Source: Candidatus Krumholzibacteriota bacterium
GTDB taxonomy: Bacteria; Krumholzibacteriota; Krumholzibacteriia; JAJRXK01
Assembly: GCA_963727455.1 (NCBI GenBank)
Contig: CAVSGG010000001.1
Location: forward strand, 66,743-130,742
DNA: 64,000 nt
Direction of reading: 5' to 3'
In this document: one piece after another, positions 20,794 through 30,951 of the stretch
Position numbering within the stretch: position 1 is the stretch's first letter
How the letters are laid out: every line of letters begins with the position of its first letter
Position numbers and translations under genes: made by a program
The notes under the pieces: generated by a model
What the model was told of the DNA's origin: nothing
The model's database searches: none
The model's input: the letters and a program-made list of their open reading frames with translations, nothing else

Positions 20794-23700
20794 ATGAGAC
20801 GCATTCCGTGGACCGTTGCCGCTTTGAGCCTGGCACTCAGCCTGGTTTGGGCCCAGTCCTCGCGCGCAGTCAAACCCCGCTATGAGCGCAAGGGCAACCA
20901 GGAGAACGAGGAGGCCAAGAAGAAGGGGGTCATGAGCGAGGACACCTTCAAAGGCCTCAGCTTTCGGGCATTGGGGCCGGCTCTCACCAGCGGGAGAGTT
21001 GGAGATCTGGCGGTCGACCCCAACAATCCCAAGCGCTATTTCGTGGCGGTTTGCTCAGGCAACGTGTGGAAGACCGAGAACGACGGGACGACCTTCGAGC
21101 CTGTCTTCGACAAATACGGCTCCTACAGCATCGGCTGCGTGACGCTGGATCCCAACGATCCGCACCTGGTTTGGGTTGGAACCGGAGAGAACAACTCGCA
21201 GCGCTCGGTGGCCTACGGGGACGGAGTCTACAAATCGACCGACGGTGGGCAAAACTTCAAGAACATGGGCTTGAAGGAAAGTGAACACATCGGAATGATC
21301 GCAGTGGATCCGCGCAACAGCGACGTGGTGTTCGTCGCGGCCCAGGGCCCTCTCTGGCGTAGCGGGGGAGATCGGGGTCTCTACCGCACCGAGGACGGCG
21401 GGGAAACTTGGGACAAGATCCTCGACATCGACGAAAACACAGGCGTCAACGAGGTTCATCTCGACCCGCGCAATCCGGACGTCATGTATGCCACCACCTA
21501 CCAACGGCGCCGTCACGTGTGGGTCCTTCTGGACGGCGGGCCAGGCAGCGGCATTTACAAGTCCACCGACGGTGGAGAGAACTGGGAGGAACTGACGAAC
21601 GGAATTCCCGATGTCGACAAGGGGCGCATCGGGCTCGCGATTTCCCCCGCCGACCCCGACTTTGTCTACGCCATCATCGAAGCCCAGGACAAAGAAGGTG
21701 GAGTCTTCCGTAGTACGGATGCCGGAGCCACCTGGAAGAAGATGTCCTCGACCATGTCGACCAGCCCGCAGTACTACAACGAGCTAGTTTGCGACCCGAA
21801 TGACCCGGACCGCGTCTACAGCATGGATACTTTCCTCAAGGTCAGCGAAGACGGCGGGGCGACCTTTTCGCGCGTGCCCGGCAAGTACAAGCACGTCGAC
21901 AACCACGTTCTGTGGATTGACCCCGACGATACGGACCACATGCGCGTGGGGTGTGACGGCGGTCTCTATGAAACTTGGGACCGCGCAGCGACCTGGCTGT
22001 TCAGAGCCAATCTGCCGGTCACGCAGTTCTACAAGATCGCCATCGACAACGATTCACCCTTCTACAATGTCTATGGCGGCACCCAGGACAACAACACCAT
22101 CGGCGGTCCGACCCGCACCAACAGCGCCAGTGGAATCCACAACTACGACTGGTACATCACGCTCGGTGGCGACGGCTTTGGGCCGGCGGTGGACCCCGAG
22201 GACCCCGATATCGTCTACTCGCAGTGGCAGTACGGCAATCTCGCCCGTTACGACCGGCGCAGCGGCGAAGTGCAGGACATCCAGCCTCAACCCGAGAAGG
22301 GCGAAGTTCTCAAGTGGAACTGGTCGTCGGCCCTCCTCATCAGTCCTCACGATCCGCATCGCCTCTACTATGGCGCGAACAAACTCTTCCGCAGCGACGA
22401 TCGCGGGGACAGCTGGGTGAAGGTGAGCGGCGATCTGACACGCCAGCTCGACCGGAACGCGCTTGGGGTGATGGGGCGGGTTTGGAGCGTGGACGCAGTC
22501 GCAAAGAACAACTCGACCTCGTATTACGGGACCATCGTGAGCCTTAGCGAATCGCCTCTGCAGGAGGGACTTCTCTACGTCGGTACCGACGACGGCCTCA
22601 TTCAGGTGAGCGAGGATGGAGGACAACACTGGCGAAAGCAGGAGAGCTTCTCGAACGTTCCCGACATGAGCTATGTCTCTTACATCATCGCTTCCTCGCA
22701 CGACGTGAACACCGTCTATGCATCCTTCGACAATCACAAACGAGGCGACTTCCAGCCCTACCTTCTCAAGAGCACGAATCGGGGCAAGGGCTGGGATTCG
22801 ATTAGCGGAGACCTTCCCGAGCGCGGCAGTGTCTACGCGATCGCCGAGGATTACCTCGATCCGAATCTTCTTTTCGCCGGTACCGAGTTCGGCGTGTTCT
22901 TCACGGTGGATGGAGGCGAGCACTGGATCCAGCTCGAGGGAGGCATCCCCACCATTGCCTGCCGCGATCTCAAAATCCAACGCCGCGAGAGCGATCTCGT
23001 GGTGGGAACGATGGGTCGCGGGATTTACGTGCTGGACGACTACAGCCCGCTGCGCTCGGCGAGTCGGGAGACTCTGGAGCACGAGGCGCTTCTGTTTCCG
23101 GTGAAGAAGGCGGAACTCTATCATCCCGCGACTCCTCTGGGCGGCAACGGCAAGTCGAGCTTGGGCGACGCGTTCTTTGTGGCGGAAAACCCTCCTTTCG
23201 GCGCTGTCTTCAGTTACTACCTCAAGGACGGCTATCAGAGTTTGCGCGAGGAGCGCAGGAAGAATGAGAAGGAGATCGAGAAGAAGGGCGGAGACAACCC
23301 CTATCCCTCTTGGGAAGAGTTGCGGAAGGAAGACGAAGAGGAGGCACCGGCCGTCGTCCTGGTCGTTCGCGACGAGGCCGGCAAGGTCGTCCGGCGTGTC
23401 GTGGGAGAAAGCGGGAAGGGGATCCACCGTACTGCCTGGGACCTGCGCTTTCCCGCTCCGGATCCTTCCTCTACCAAGGAATGGAAGGCGCCCGATCCCT
23501 GGACTGCTCAACCCGCGGGGCCTCCCGTCCTCCCCGGTTCCTACACGGTGCAGCTCATGGCTCGGGTGCGCGGCGAGACGAAAACTCTGAGTGAGGAGGT
23601 TCCGTTCACGGTCGAAGCGCTGAATCTGGCGAAGTTACCCGCAAAGGACGGCGCAAAGAACCTGCAATTCCGCAAAGAGACTGCGGAACTGCGACGCGCG

Positions 23701-24120
23701 GTTTTGGGCGCGCGCCGCTCGATGAAAGAAATCCAAGATCGCATCGATCACATGCGAGTTGCGCTCCGCGATACGCCGGGCGCGGACAAATCCCTCACCA
23801 ACGAACTCGACGGTATCGAGGCGCGCCTGCGAAAGCTGCGCACGCTCATGAACGGAGATCACACGATCTCCTCGCGTAGCGAAGCGACCACGCCGGGTTT
23901 GGTAGAGAGAATGGATCGAGCGACCTGGGGCTGGAGCAACTCCTCGGCTCCGACGGAGACGCAGCGCCAAACCTTCCAGATCGCGCGCGACCAGTTCAAG
24001 AACGAGGTACTACCCGAGCTCCAAGAGCTCATGAATTCGGTACTGCCGGACTTCGAGCAGAAACTCGAGGAGCTGGGCGCGCCGTGGACGCCGGGACGCG
24101 TGCCAGAGTATCAGGGTTGA
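20794..24120 (+). CDS. Secreted VPS10/sortilin-like BNR-repeat beta-propeller protein (putative glycosyl hydrolase), paralog 1
   Basis: Signal peptide; GPALTSGRV; many [ST]xDGGxxW Asp-box repeats; YGGTQDN; C-terminal coiled coil. Confidence 0.82.
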   Translation: MRRIPWTVAALSLALSLVWAQSSRAVKPRYERKGNQENEEAKKKGVMSEDTFKGLSFRALGPALTSGRVGDLAVDPNNPKRYFVAVCSGNVWKTENDGTTFEPVFDKYGSYSIGCVTLDPNDPHLVWVGTGENNSQRSVAYGDGVYKSTDGGQNFKNMGLKESEHIGMIAVDPRNSDVVFVAAQGPLWRSGGDRGLYRTEDGGETWDKILDIDENTGVNEVHLDPRNPDVMYATTYQRRRHVWVLLDGGPGSGIYKSTDGGENWEELTNGIPDVDKGRIGLAISPADPDFVYAIIEAQDKEGGVFRSTDAGATWKKMSSTMSTSPQYYNELVCDPNDPDRVYSMDTFLKVSEDGGATFSRVPGKYKHVDNHVLWIDPDDTDHMRVGCDGGLYETWDRAATWLFRANLPVTQFYKIAIDNDSPFYNVYGGTQDNNTIGGPTRTNSASGIHNYDWYITLGGDGFGPAVDPEDPDIVYSQWQYGNLARYDRRSGEVQDIQPQPEKGEVLKWNWSSALLISPHDPHRLYYGANKLFRSDDRGDSWVKVSGDLTRQLDRNALGVMGRVWSVDAVAKNNSTSYYGTIVSLSESPLQEGLLYVGTDDGLIQVSEDGGQHWRKQESFSNVPDMSYVSYIIASSHDVNTVYASFDNHKRGDFQPYLLKSTNRGKGWDSISGDLPERGSVYAIAEDYLDPNLLFAGTEFGVFFTVDGGEHWIQLEGGIPTIACRDLKIQRRESDLVVGTMGRGIYVLDDYSPLRSASRETLEHEALLFPVKKAELYHPATPLGGNGKSSLGDAFFVAENPPFGAVFSYYLKDGYQSLREERRKNEKEIEKKGGDNPYPSWEELRKEDEEEAPAVVLVVRDEAGKVVRRVVGESGKGIHRTAWDLRFPAPDPSSTKEWKAPDPWTAQPAGPPVLPGSYTVQLMARVRGETKTLSEEVPFTVEALNLAKLPAKDGAKNLQFRKETAELRRAVLGARRSMKEIQDRIDHMRVALRDTPGADKSLTNELDGIEARLRKLRTLMNGDHTISSRSEATTPGLVERMDRATWGWSNSSAPTETQRQTFQIARDQFKNEVLPELQELMNSVLPDFEQKLEELGAPWTPGRVPEYQG

Positions 24121-24166
24121 GTCGCGTTCTTTTCCGCGTGTTGAGTCCTGGGCTCCCAAGCACCGT

Positions 24167-25375
24167 TCAGGAGTCCAGGACCTTCACAACCAGTGCGGTC
24201 AGATCGTCCTCTTGGAGGTAGGAACCCAGGAACTCGCAAACCGCGCGGTGCAGCGCGCCCACGATTTTCGCGGCGCTTTCGAAGCGGTGCTGTCGCACCA
24301 CGTCCACAGCGCGCTCTGGCCCGAAGAATTCTTCCTCTCCTCGCGCCGCCTCGATGACTCCATCGGTGAGCACGACGAGGATGTCGCCGCATTTGAATTC
24401 GATCGCCTCCATCGGGGTGATCGACATCTTCTCGAACAGCCCGAGCGGCGTGGTCGTGCTTCTCAGGCTCGTTCGGATTTCTCCTGAAGCATTCAGAATG
24501 TAGGCGGTTTCGTGCCCAGCGCTGGTGTATTGGAAACGGCGGCGATGCGGGTCGAGCTCTCCCAGGAACAGGGTGACGAACTTGTCCGCATCCGTGTCCC
24601 GGTAGAGATAATCGTTGGCGCGCTGTAAAATTCCGTGCAGCCCATGCCCCTCGCGCGCCAGGGCTCGCAAGTAGGCGCGGGTTTCCGCCATCAACATGGC
24701 CGGCCCCACGCCGTGGCCGCTCACGTCTCCCACCACGAGGCCAATGGTTTCCCTTTGCATGCTGATGTAGTCGAAGTAGTCGCCGGCCACGGATTCGGCG
24801 GGGTTGGTCTGCCCCGCGATCTCGTAACCGCTCAAGTGGGGCGCTCTCGCGGGAAAAAGCCGCTTCTGGATCTGACGCGCGCTGGCAAGCTGCCGCGAGT
24901 TGTGGCGGTCGGCGGTGACATCGAGTGCGATCCCGACGCTGCCGAAAATCGTTCGGTCGCTGGCGAACAAGGGTTTGACGCTGACCGCGAAGTCGCGCCC
25001 GCACCAATGCCATTCGTAGGAAGAAGATATTCCCTCGATGGCCTTGAGCTGATGGGCCAGGGGCTTGAAATTGAAATCGCTGGTGCGAAAGACCTCCTGC
25101 ATGGTCCGATTCACGATCTCGTCGGGGTCTTGGTGAAGCAGAGCCAGGCCGGAACCCTGGACCGAGTTGAGGCGCAGAGCGCAGTCCGTCGTCCATACGA
25201 CGGCAGGGAGGCGATCGATGAGACCCTGAAGGCGTTGCTGGTTGGAGAGCAGCCTTTTCTCGGTCGAGACGAAGGACGGGCCGCTTCCTCCGGTGCCTTG
25301 CCCCCTCTTGATCCTGCGCAAGCGGGTCGTGAATTTCCTCATCCGGGTTTTGTCGTTGACTCTGAGGGCTTGCAT
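24167..25375 (-). CDS. PAS plus PP2C/SpoIIE (RsbU-like) serine phosphatase
   Basis: AGDYFD, GDVSGHG, LTDGVIEA, EDDLT; PAS-like N-terminal region; start uncertain. Confidence 0.85.
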   Translation of the reverse strand: MQALRVNDKTRMRKFTTRLRRIKRGQGTGGSGPSFVSTEKRLLSNQQRLQGLIDRLPAVVWTTDCALRLNSVQGSGLALLHQDPDEIVNRTMQEVFRTSDFNFKPLAHQLKAIEGISSSYEWHWCGRDFAVSVKPLFASDRTIFGSVGIALDVTADRHNSRQLASARQIQKRLFPARAPHLSGYEIAGQTNPAESVAGDYFDYISMQRETIGLVVGDVSGHGVGPAMLMAETRAYLRALAREGHGLHGILQRANDYLYRDTDADKFVTLFLGELDPHRRRFQYTSAGHETAYILNASGEIRTSLRSTTTPLGLFEKMSITPMEAIEFKCGDILVVLTDGVIEAARGEEEFFGPERAVDVVRQHRFESAAKIVGALHRAVCEFLGSYLQEDDLTALVVKVLDS

Positions 25376-25635
25376 CTTGAGACCTCGCGGGCGCGGGGAA
25401 AATGGAAGGTGAATGAATGAGAAGTTCCTTCGAAGGAACGGTTCTCCATCCAGGCGAGAGCTCAATACTCTCTAAGACGATAAGATCCAGCTTCTTCCCC
25501 CCAAAAGGTGAATGGCACTCAGATCGCGCGCGTGGGCCGGACGATCCGCCACTGGAATTACGCCGCGAAATGGTGTTTCATGGGTTCAGCTCGAATCCCC
25601 AGGTATTCCATTGATCTGCAGTTTTGGGAGGATCC

Positions 25636-28600
25636 ATGCTTCGCGAAGCTCCGCGCGTTCGTCGTCTCACGCTGTATTTTCTCTTTGCTCTCGCTCTACT
25701 CGCGCTCGCCCCCCCTTCTCTCTGCCGGGCTAGGTTCGACCCCGGACTATTGGCGGGCATGAAGGCGCGCTCGATCGGGCCGGCCGGGATGTCGGGCCGC
25801 ATCGTTGCCATCGCCTCGGTACCCCAAGACGAAAACCTCATCTACTTGGGAACGGCGACGGGGGGACTGTGGAAGTCGGTGAACGGCGGCCTGAATTTCG
25901 AACCCGTCTTCGACGACCAAGCGGTCGCGTCCATCGGAGCCATCGCTCTGGAGCCGGGCAACCCGGACGTCGTGTGGGTGGGCACCGGTGAATCCAATCC
26001 GCGCAACAGCGCTTCGGTCGGCGACGGCGTGTACAAGAGTCTCGACGGTGGTCGCACCTGGCACCACTTGGGACTCGAGAAGAGTGAGCACATCCGCCGT
26101 ATCGTCATCGACCCGCGCGATCCCGACCGGGTGTACGTGGCGAGCTTGGGCCCGGCGTGGAGCGATGGCGGGGACCGCGGCCTCTACCGAACCACGGACG
26201 GCGGCAAGAGTTGGAAGAAGATCCTGGGAGCCAACGATCGCACCGGTTGCACCGAACTGGTCATGGATCCGTCCAATCCCAACAAGCTCTTCGCGGCTCT
26301 CTGGGAATATCGCCGCTGGCCCTGGTTCTTCGAGAGTGGCGGAAAGGGATCCGGTCTTTTCGTGAGCTACGACGCGGGCGACAGCTGGGAGCAGCTGAGC
26401 GAGGAGGACGGGCTTCCCGCGGGAGAGTTGGGCCGCATCGCGATGGCATTCTCTCCCAGCGATCCGAAGATCCTCTACGCGCTCGTCGAGGCCGAGGACA
26501 ATGTACTTCTGCGCAGCGAGGATGGGGGCCACTCCTTCAAGCTCGCGAGTAAGGGAGACAATATCGGCAACCGCCCCTTCTACTTCAGCGACATCCATGT
26601 CGATCCCGCCTGGCCCAACCGGGTGTATAGCCTCTGGTCACAGGTGAGCGTGAGCATGGACTCGGGCAAGAGCTTTCAGGTCCTGGTGAGCTGGAGCAAG
26701 GCCCATCCGGATCACCACGCCATGTGGATCGATCCTAAGAATCCGCGCCGTTTGATCCTTGGCAACGACGGTGGAGTGTATCTCAGTCAAGACCGCGGGC
26801 AGAGCTGGCGCTTCGTCAGCAATCTTCCTCTGGCCCAGTACTATCACATCGCGGTCGACGACGATCAGCCCTACCACGTCTACGGGGGCATGCAGGACAA
26901 CGGCTCGTGGCGCGGCCCCAACACGGTGTGGGAGAACGGCGGCATCCGGAACTACCAGTGGGAAGAGGTGGGCTACGGCGATGGTTTCGATACCCGCCCC
27001 TATCCGCGCGATTCCATGGTCGGCTATTCCATGAGTCAAGAGGGCTATCTCATCCGCTGGAACCTGCACACGGGCGAACGCAAGAGCATCCGCCCCGCCC
27101 CGCCGAGCGATGAAAAACTGCGCTTCAACTGGAACGCAGGCTTCTCCCTGGACCCTTTCGATTCCGATACGATTTATCTAGGAAGCCAGTATCTGCACAA
27201 GAGCAGTGATCGTGGCGAACACTGGACCATCATCTCTCCCGATCTTACGTCCAACAACCCGGATTGGCAGAATCAGGACGAGAGCGGCGGATTGACCCCC
27301 GACGTGACGGGCGCGGAGAACTTCACCACGATCGTCGCCATCGAACCGAGCCCGCTCAAGAAGGGTGTAATCTGGGTGGGCACCGACGACGGGAGACTGC
27401 AGCTCACCCGCGACGGCGGCGACCACTGGGAAAGCCTGGAGGGCCATGCGAAGGGCGTTCCGGACAACACCTGGATTCCCTGTATCTACGCGTCGACCCA
27501 CGAGCCCGGCACGGCCTTCGTGCTCTTCGAAGACCACCGACGAGGTAACTGGACCCCCTATGTGTACCGAGTCGACGACTACGGAAAGCACTGGAGGAAC
27601 TTGGCCACCGACGATATCCGGGGCTACTGCCTGAGCGTGGTGCAGGACCCCGTCGACCCGCAGCTCTTGTTCTTGGGCACTGAATTCGGTCTCTACTTCA
27701 GCCTTGACGGCGGTGAGCACTGGATGAAGTGGACCCACGGGATCCCCACGGTTTCCGTCATGGGCCTGGCCATTCAGACGCGCGAGAACGACCTCGTGGT
27801 GGGTACACACGGACGCTCAGCCTACGTGATCGACGACATACGCCCGCTTCGTACGATGAGTGAATCTCTTCTGCAGGAGCCCCTACATCTTTTTTCCATT
27901 CCCAGCGCGGTCGAGTATCAGGTGAAGCAAGCCGGAGCCTCACGCTTTCCCGGCGACGGGGAATTTCGCGGCAAATCCCAAGCGCGTGGCGCCATGATCA
28001 CGGTGGCGGTGCACGATGCGGAGCTTCCCTATCCCGATGAAAAGGTGGAGAAGCAGCGCAAGAAGAAGGAAAGCGATGCTGACGATACCGAGGCCGAAAA
28101 ACCCGAGAAGCTGCAGGTGACGGTGCGCAATGCGCGGGGAGAGCGAGTGCGCCACTTCAAGCGCGAAGTGAAACAGGGCGTCAATCGCATCGTTTGGTCC
28201 CTGGACAGCGATGCCTTCAAGAAGATTCCCGGGAACAAGAGCGAGGAGGAAGAGGAATCCGACGTCAAGGGAGGTGGTCCGCAGGTAATGCCCGGCACCT
28301 ACACCGTCACTCTGAGCTACAAGGACTCCAAGGTCGAGGGCGAGCTAAGGGTGCTTCCGGATCCCAGAATTCCGATCGGCGAGAAGGATCGGCAAGAAGC
28401 ATGGTCCACTCAGGAGCGTTTGGGTCACCTACAGGAGACCATCGCCGAGGCGGTCGAACGAATCCACGCGGCGGACAAGGATTGCGATTTCGTGCTCGCC
28501 AAGATCGCGAGACTGAAGTCGGAGGCGAAGTCGCAGGAGAACGAGTCCGCTGATGCGGGCGTGGATTCCACACGCTGGCAGGATCTGAAGAAGAAAACCG

Positions 28601-28929
28601 AGGACCTACAGAAGGGACTCAAGGGACTGGAAGAGCGCCTGCGCGGGCCCCTGAAACCCAAGGGCTACATCGGCGGGGAATGGCCTTCACGACGCATGGA
28701 CCGCGCGCGTTGGCTGCTCGGTCCGAGCTGGCAGAAGCCCACCGAAGCCGGACTTCGCTACCTGCAGTTGGCCGAAGATGATACGCGTCCCGTGCTGGAC
28801 GACCTGAACCACTTCTTCGAGAACGAGGTTGCTGCCTTCAGGACGGAGGTGGCGTCGTCGGGATTGACCCTGTTCCCTGAGCGAGATCCGATCGAACTCA
28901 GCCCAGAAGGAAGTGGAGCAAAGGAGTGA
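25636..28929 (+). CDS. Secreted VPS10/sortilin-like BNR-repeat beta-propeller protein, paralog 2
   Basis: Signal peptide; IGPAGMSGRI; Asp-box repeats; YGGMQDNG; same architecture as 20794-24120. Confidence 0.82.
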   Translation: MLREAPRVRRLTLYFLFALALLALAPPSLCRARFDPGLLAGMKARSIGPAGMSGRIVAIASVPQDENLIYLGTATGGLWKSVNGGLNFEPVFDDQAVASIGAIALEPGNPDVVWVGTGESNPRNSASVGDGVYKSLDGGRTWHHLGLEKSEHIRRIVIDPRDPDRVYVASLGPAWSDGGDRGLYRTTDGGKSWKKILGANDRTGCTELVMDPSNPNKLFAALWEYRRWPWFFESGGKGSGLFVSYDAGDSWEQLSEEDGLPAGELGRIAMAFSPSDPKILYALVEAEDNVLLRSEDGGHSFKLASKGDNIGNRPFYFSDIHVDPAWPNRVYSLWSQVSVSMDSGKSFQVLVSWSKAHPDHHAMWIDPKNPRRLILGNDGGVYLSQDRGQSWRFVSNLPLAQYYHIAVDDDQPYHVYGGMQDNGSWRGPNTVWENGGIRNYQWEEVGYGDGFDTRPYPRDSMVGYSMSQEGYLIRWNLHTGERKSIRPAPPSDEKLRFNWNAGFSLDPFDSDTIYLGSQYLHKSSDRGEHWTIISPDLTSNNPDWQNQDESGGLTPDVTGAENFTTIVAIEPSPLKKGVIWVGTDDGRLQLTRDGGDHWESLEGHAKGVPDNTWIPCIYASTHEPGTAFVLFEDHRRGNWTPYVYRVDDYGKHWRNLATDDIRGYCLSVVQDPVDPQLLFLGTEFGLYFSLDGGEHWMKWTHGIPTVSVMGLAIQTRENDLVVGTHGRSAYVIDDIRPLRTMSESLLQEPLHLFSIPSAVEYQVKQAGASRFPGDGEFRGKSQARGAMITVAVHDAELPYPDEKVEKQRKKKESDADDTEAEKPEKLQVTVRNARGERVRHFKREVKQGVNRIVWSLDSDAFKKIPGNKSEEEEESDVKGGGPQVMPGTYTVTLSYKDSKVEGELRVLPDPRIPIGEKDRQEAWSTQERLGHLQETIAEAVERIHAADKDCDFVLAKIARLKSEAKSQENESADAGVDSTRWQDLKKKTEDLQKGLKGLEERLRGPLKPKGYIGGEWPSRRMDRARWLLGPSWQKPTEAGLRYLQLAEDDTRPVLDDLNHFFENEVAAFRTEVASSGLTLFPERDPIELSPEGSGAKE

Positions 28930-29815
28930 GGGTCAAAGGGCTCGCCAACATGGTACAGAACACGGCGGTTGCCACGAACGAAGGTTCGACATCGTACTCG
29001 GTGGCGAGGATGGTATTCAGGACGGCCGAGGGCATAGCCATCTCCAGTACCCCGGCCTGGTAGTTGGCGCCCTGGAGATGGAAGAGCTGTGCCAGGAGGA
29101 GTCCGGCGCCGGCGCCTCCCACTAGCCGGAAGATCACCGCGGTGCACAGGGCCTTCGGGTGGTGGCGTGGGCTGGCGCGGCGCAGCTGCATGCCCAGAAT
29201 CACCAGGAATACCGGAATGGTCGCCTCGGCCAAGAGATCCACGGTACGCTGAAGACCAGAGGGCAGTTCTGTCCCGGTTCCGCGCATCAGAAAGGCAAGG
29301 GGAACGGCCCAAACCGCGGGCACGGCTACCAGTTTGCGCAGTGCGGTGCCGATGCTCTCCTTCCCCATCGAGGCGACCACGACGCCGAGGGAATACCCCA
29401 GGATGGACATGGTCACGAAGATCAAGCCGGCACGCGCTTCGGCTTCGCGACCGAAGGAAAAGAGACTGGCGGCCATTCCGAAACTGCCGGAGTTCGGCAG
29501 GAGCACGCAGAGAAAGATCGCGGCCTTGAGGGAGCGGGAGAGCTTCAGCCGCTGGGCGACCAGCAGGGCTAGGCCGGAGGTCGCCCCGTAGGTCGCTAAG
29601 GCAAAGCCGCTCAGACGCAGGAAATCGTGCGGAGAGATCGCGCTGCCCGTGATCAAGGTGAAGATGAGGCAGGGGGAAAAAACGTGAAATCCCACCTGAC
29701 TCAGAGGCTTTGCGGAAACTCCCTTCCACACCGCGAGAGTCCAGCCGATACCCGCGATGAGGAAGATGGGAAGGAGATTCTCTCCGAAGAGACGCAAGAA
29801 TGCCGTCGCGATCAC
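28898..29815 (-). CDS. AEC (auxin efflux carrier) family transporter
   Basis: About 10 TM helices; PNSGSFG; AMPSAV. Confidence 0.82.
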   Translation of the reverse strand: MIATAFLRLFGENLLPIFLIAGIGWTLAVWKGVSAKPLSQVGFHVFSPCLIFTLITGSAISPHDFLRLSGFALATYGATSGLALLVAQRLKLSRSLKAAIFLCVLLPNSGSFGMAASLFSFGREAEARAGLIFVTMSILGYSLGVVVASMGKESIGTALRKLVAVPAVWAVPLAFLMRGTGTELPSGLQRTVDLLAEATIPVFLVILGMQLRRASPRHHPKALCTAVIFRLVGGAGAGLLLAQLFHLQGANYQAGVLEMAMPSAVLNTILATEYDVEPSFVATAVFCTMLASPLTLTPLLHFLLG

Positions 29816-30951
29816 TCCTTCTGCGCCTCGTGCCAGACTGCCAGCACTTTCTCCTCCTTCTCCGCCGCAAGACCGGCCCGTAGCTTCTCGCGACGCTCCT
29901 TAGGAAGGGTTCGCCACCAGTCCAAGGTATCGCGAACCGTCTCGGAGATGGGACGGAAGGAGAGGCCGTGGCGAATGGCGCGCTCGGATTTCACCTGGTT
30001 GAAGCCGGCGTACTCGCCCTCGGGCGGCATCCAGCAGGTCATCTCCGACCAGCCCTGCACCTCGTGATCCTCGAGGAACTTGCTCGAGGCCCAGGTGAAG
30101 GAAGCGTCACTCCCGGAAACCCGCTTGCAGGTGTTCAGAAGTCCGCCCATGTCGAGCCAGCCGGGAGGGGAAACCGCGTTGTAAACGCCCACTACTTTGT
30201 TCTCCAGGCAATAGACGATCCACTCGCCCAGATCGTTCACATCCATGATCTGGATGCCGTCCTTGGGTGAATTTGGGGCGAGCACCTCGCCGCCCTTGCT
30301 CACGCGCACCGGCCAATAGGTGAAACGATCGCTGCGATCTCGCGGCCCCACGATGAGTCCGGGACGAATGTTCGTGACGCGTCCGGGGAGGGCCTTTTCC
30401 GCCGCCTGCTCGCACAGCGCCTTGAGAGGACCATAGCTCCCCTCGGTGATTTTCTCGACGGTGGGATCCTCGATCGTTCCCACCGGGGAATTCTCGTCCG
30501 TGCCGGGTTTGTCGAAGCTCGCGTAGACGGAGATCGTGGAAATGAATGCGTACTGTCCCACGTGATCGGCCAAAAGACGGGCGGAGTCCTTCACCAGGCG
30601 AGGGAAGTACCCCGAAGTATCCACCACCGCGTCCCAGTCCCTGCCCTTCAGCGGGTCGAGCTTTCCGTCGCGATCGCCGATGAGAGTCTCGATGTCGGGG
30701 AAGAGGCCCGGGTTCGTGTGTCCCCGGTTGAAGAGTGTGAGCGTATGACCGCGCCTGCGAGCGGCGTAGACCACGGCCGGTCCCAGAAACGCGGTTCCGC
30801 CCAAGATGAGGATCTTCAGCTTCCTCTCCGCCTGTGTGTAGTGAGCGTTTGCGAAGCGCGGCGAAAGCCCTACCAGTCCCAGGGAAGAACCCGCGGCCAG
30901 GACGCCGCCGGTAAGTGCACCTTTGAGAAAGTCACGACGATCCAGACTCAT
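29812..30951 (-). CDS. Tat-signal NAD-dependent epimerase/dehydratase (isoflavone-reductase-like SDR)
   Basis: SLDRRDFLK twin-arginine signal; ILGGTAFLG; YGPLK; RPGLIVGP. Confidence 0.85.
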   Translation of the reverse strand: MSLDRRDFLKGALTGGVLAAGSSLGLVGLSPRFANAHYTQAERKLKILILGGTAFLGPAVVYAARRRGHTLTLFNRGHTNPGLFPDIETLIGDRDGKLDPLKGRDWDAVVDTSGYFPRLVKDSARLLADHVGQYAFISTISVYASFDKPGTDENSPVGTIEDPTVEKITEGSYGPLKALCEQAAEKALPGRVTNIRPGLIVGPRDRSDRFTYWPVRVSKGGEVLAPNSPKDGIQIMDVNDLGEWIVYCLENKVVGVYNAVSPPGWLDMGGLLNTCKRVSGSDASFTWASSKFLEDHEVQGWSEMTCWMPPEGEYAGFNQVKSERAIRHGLSFRPISETVRDTLDWWRTLPKERREKLRAGLAAEKEEKVLAVWHEAQKE

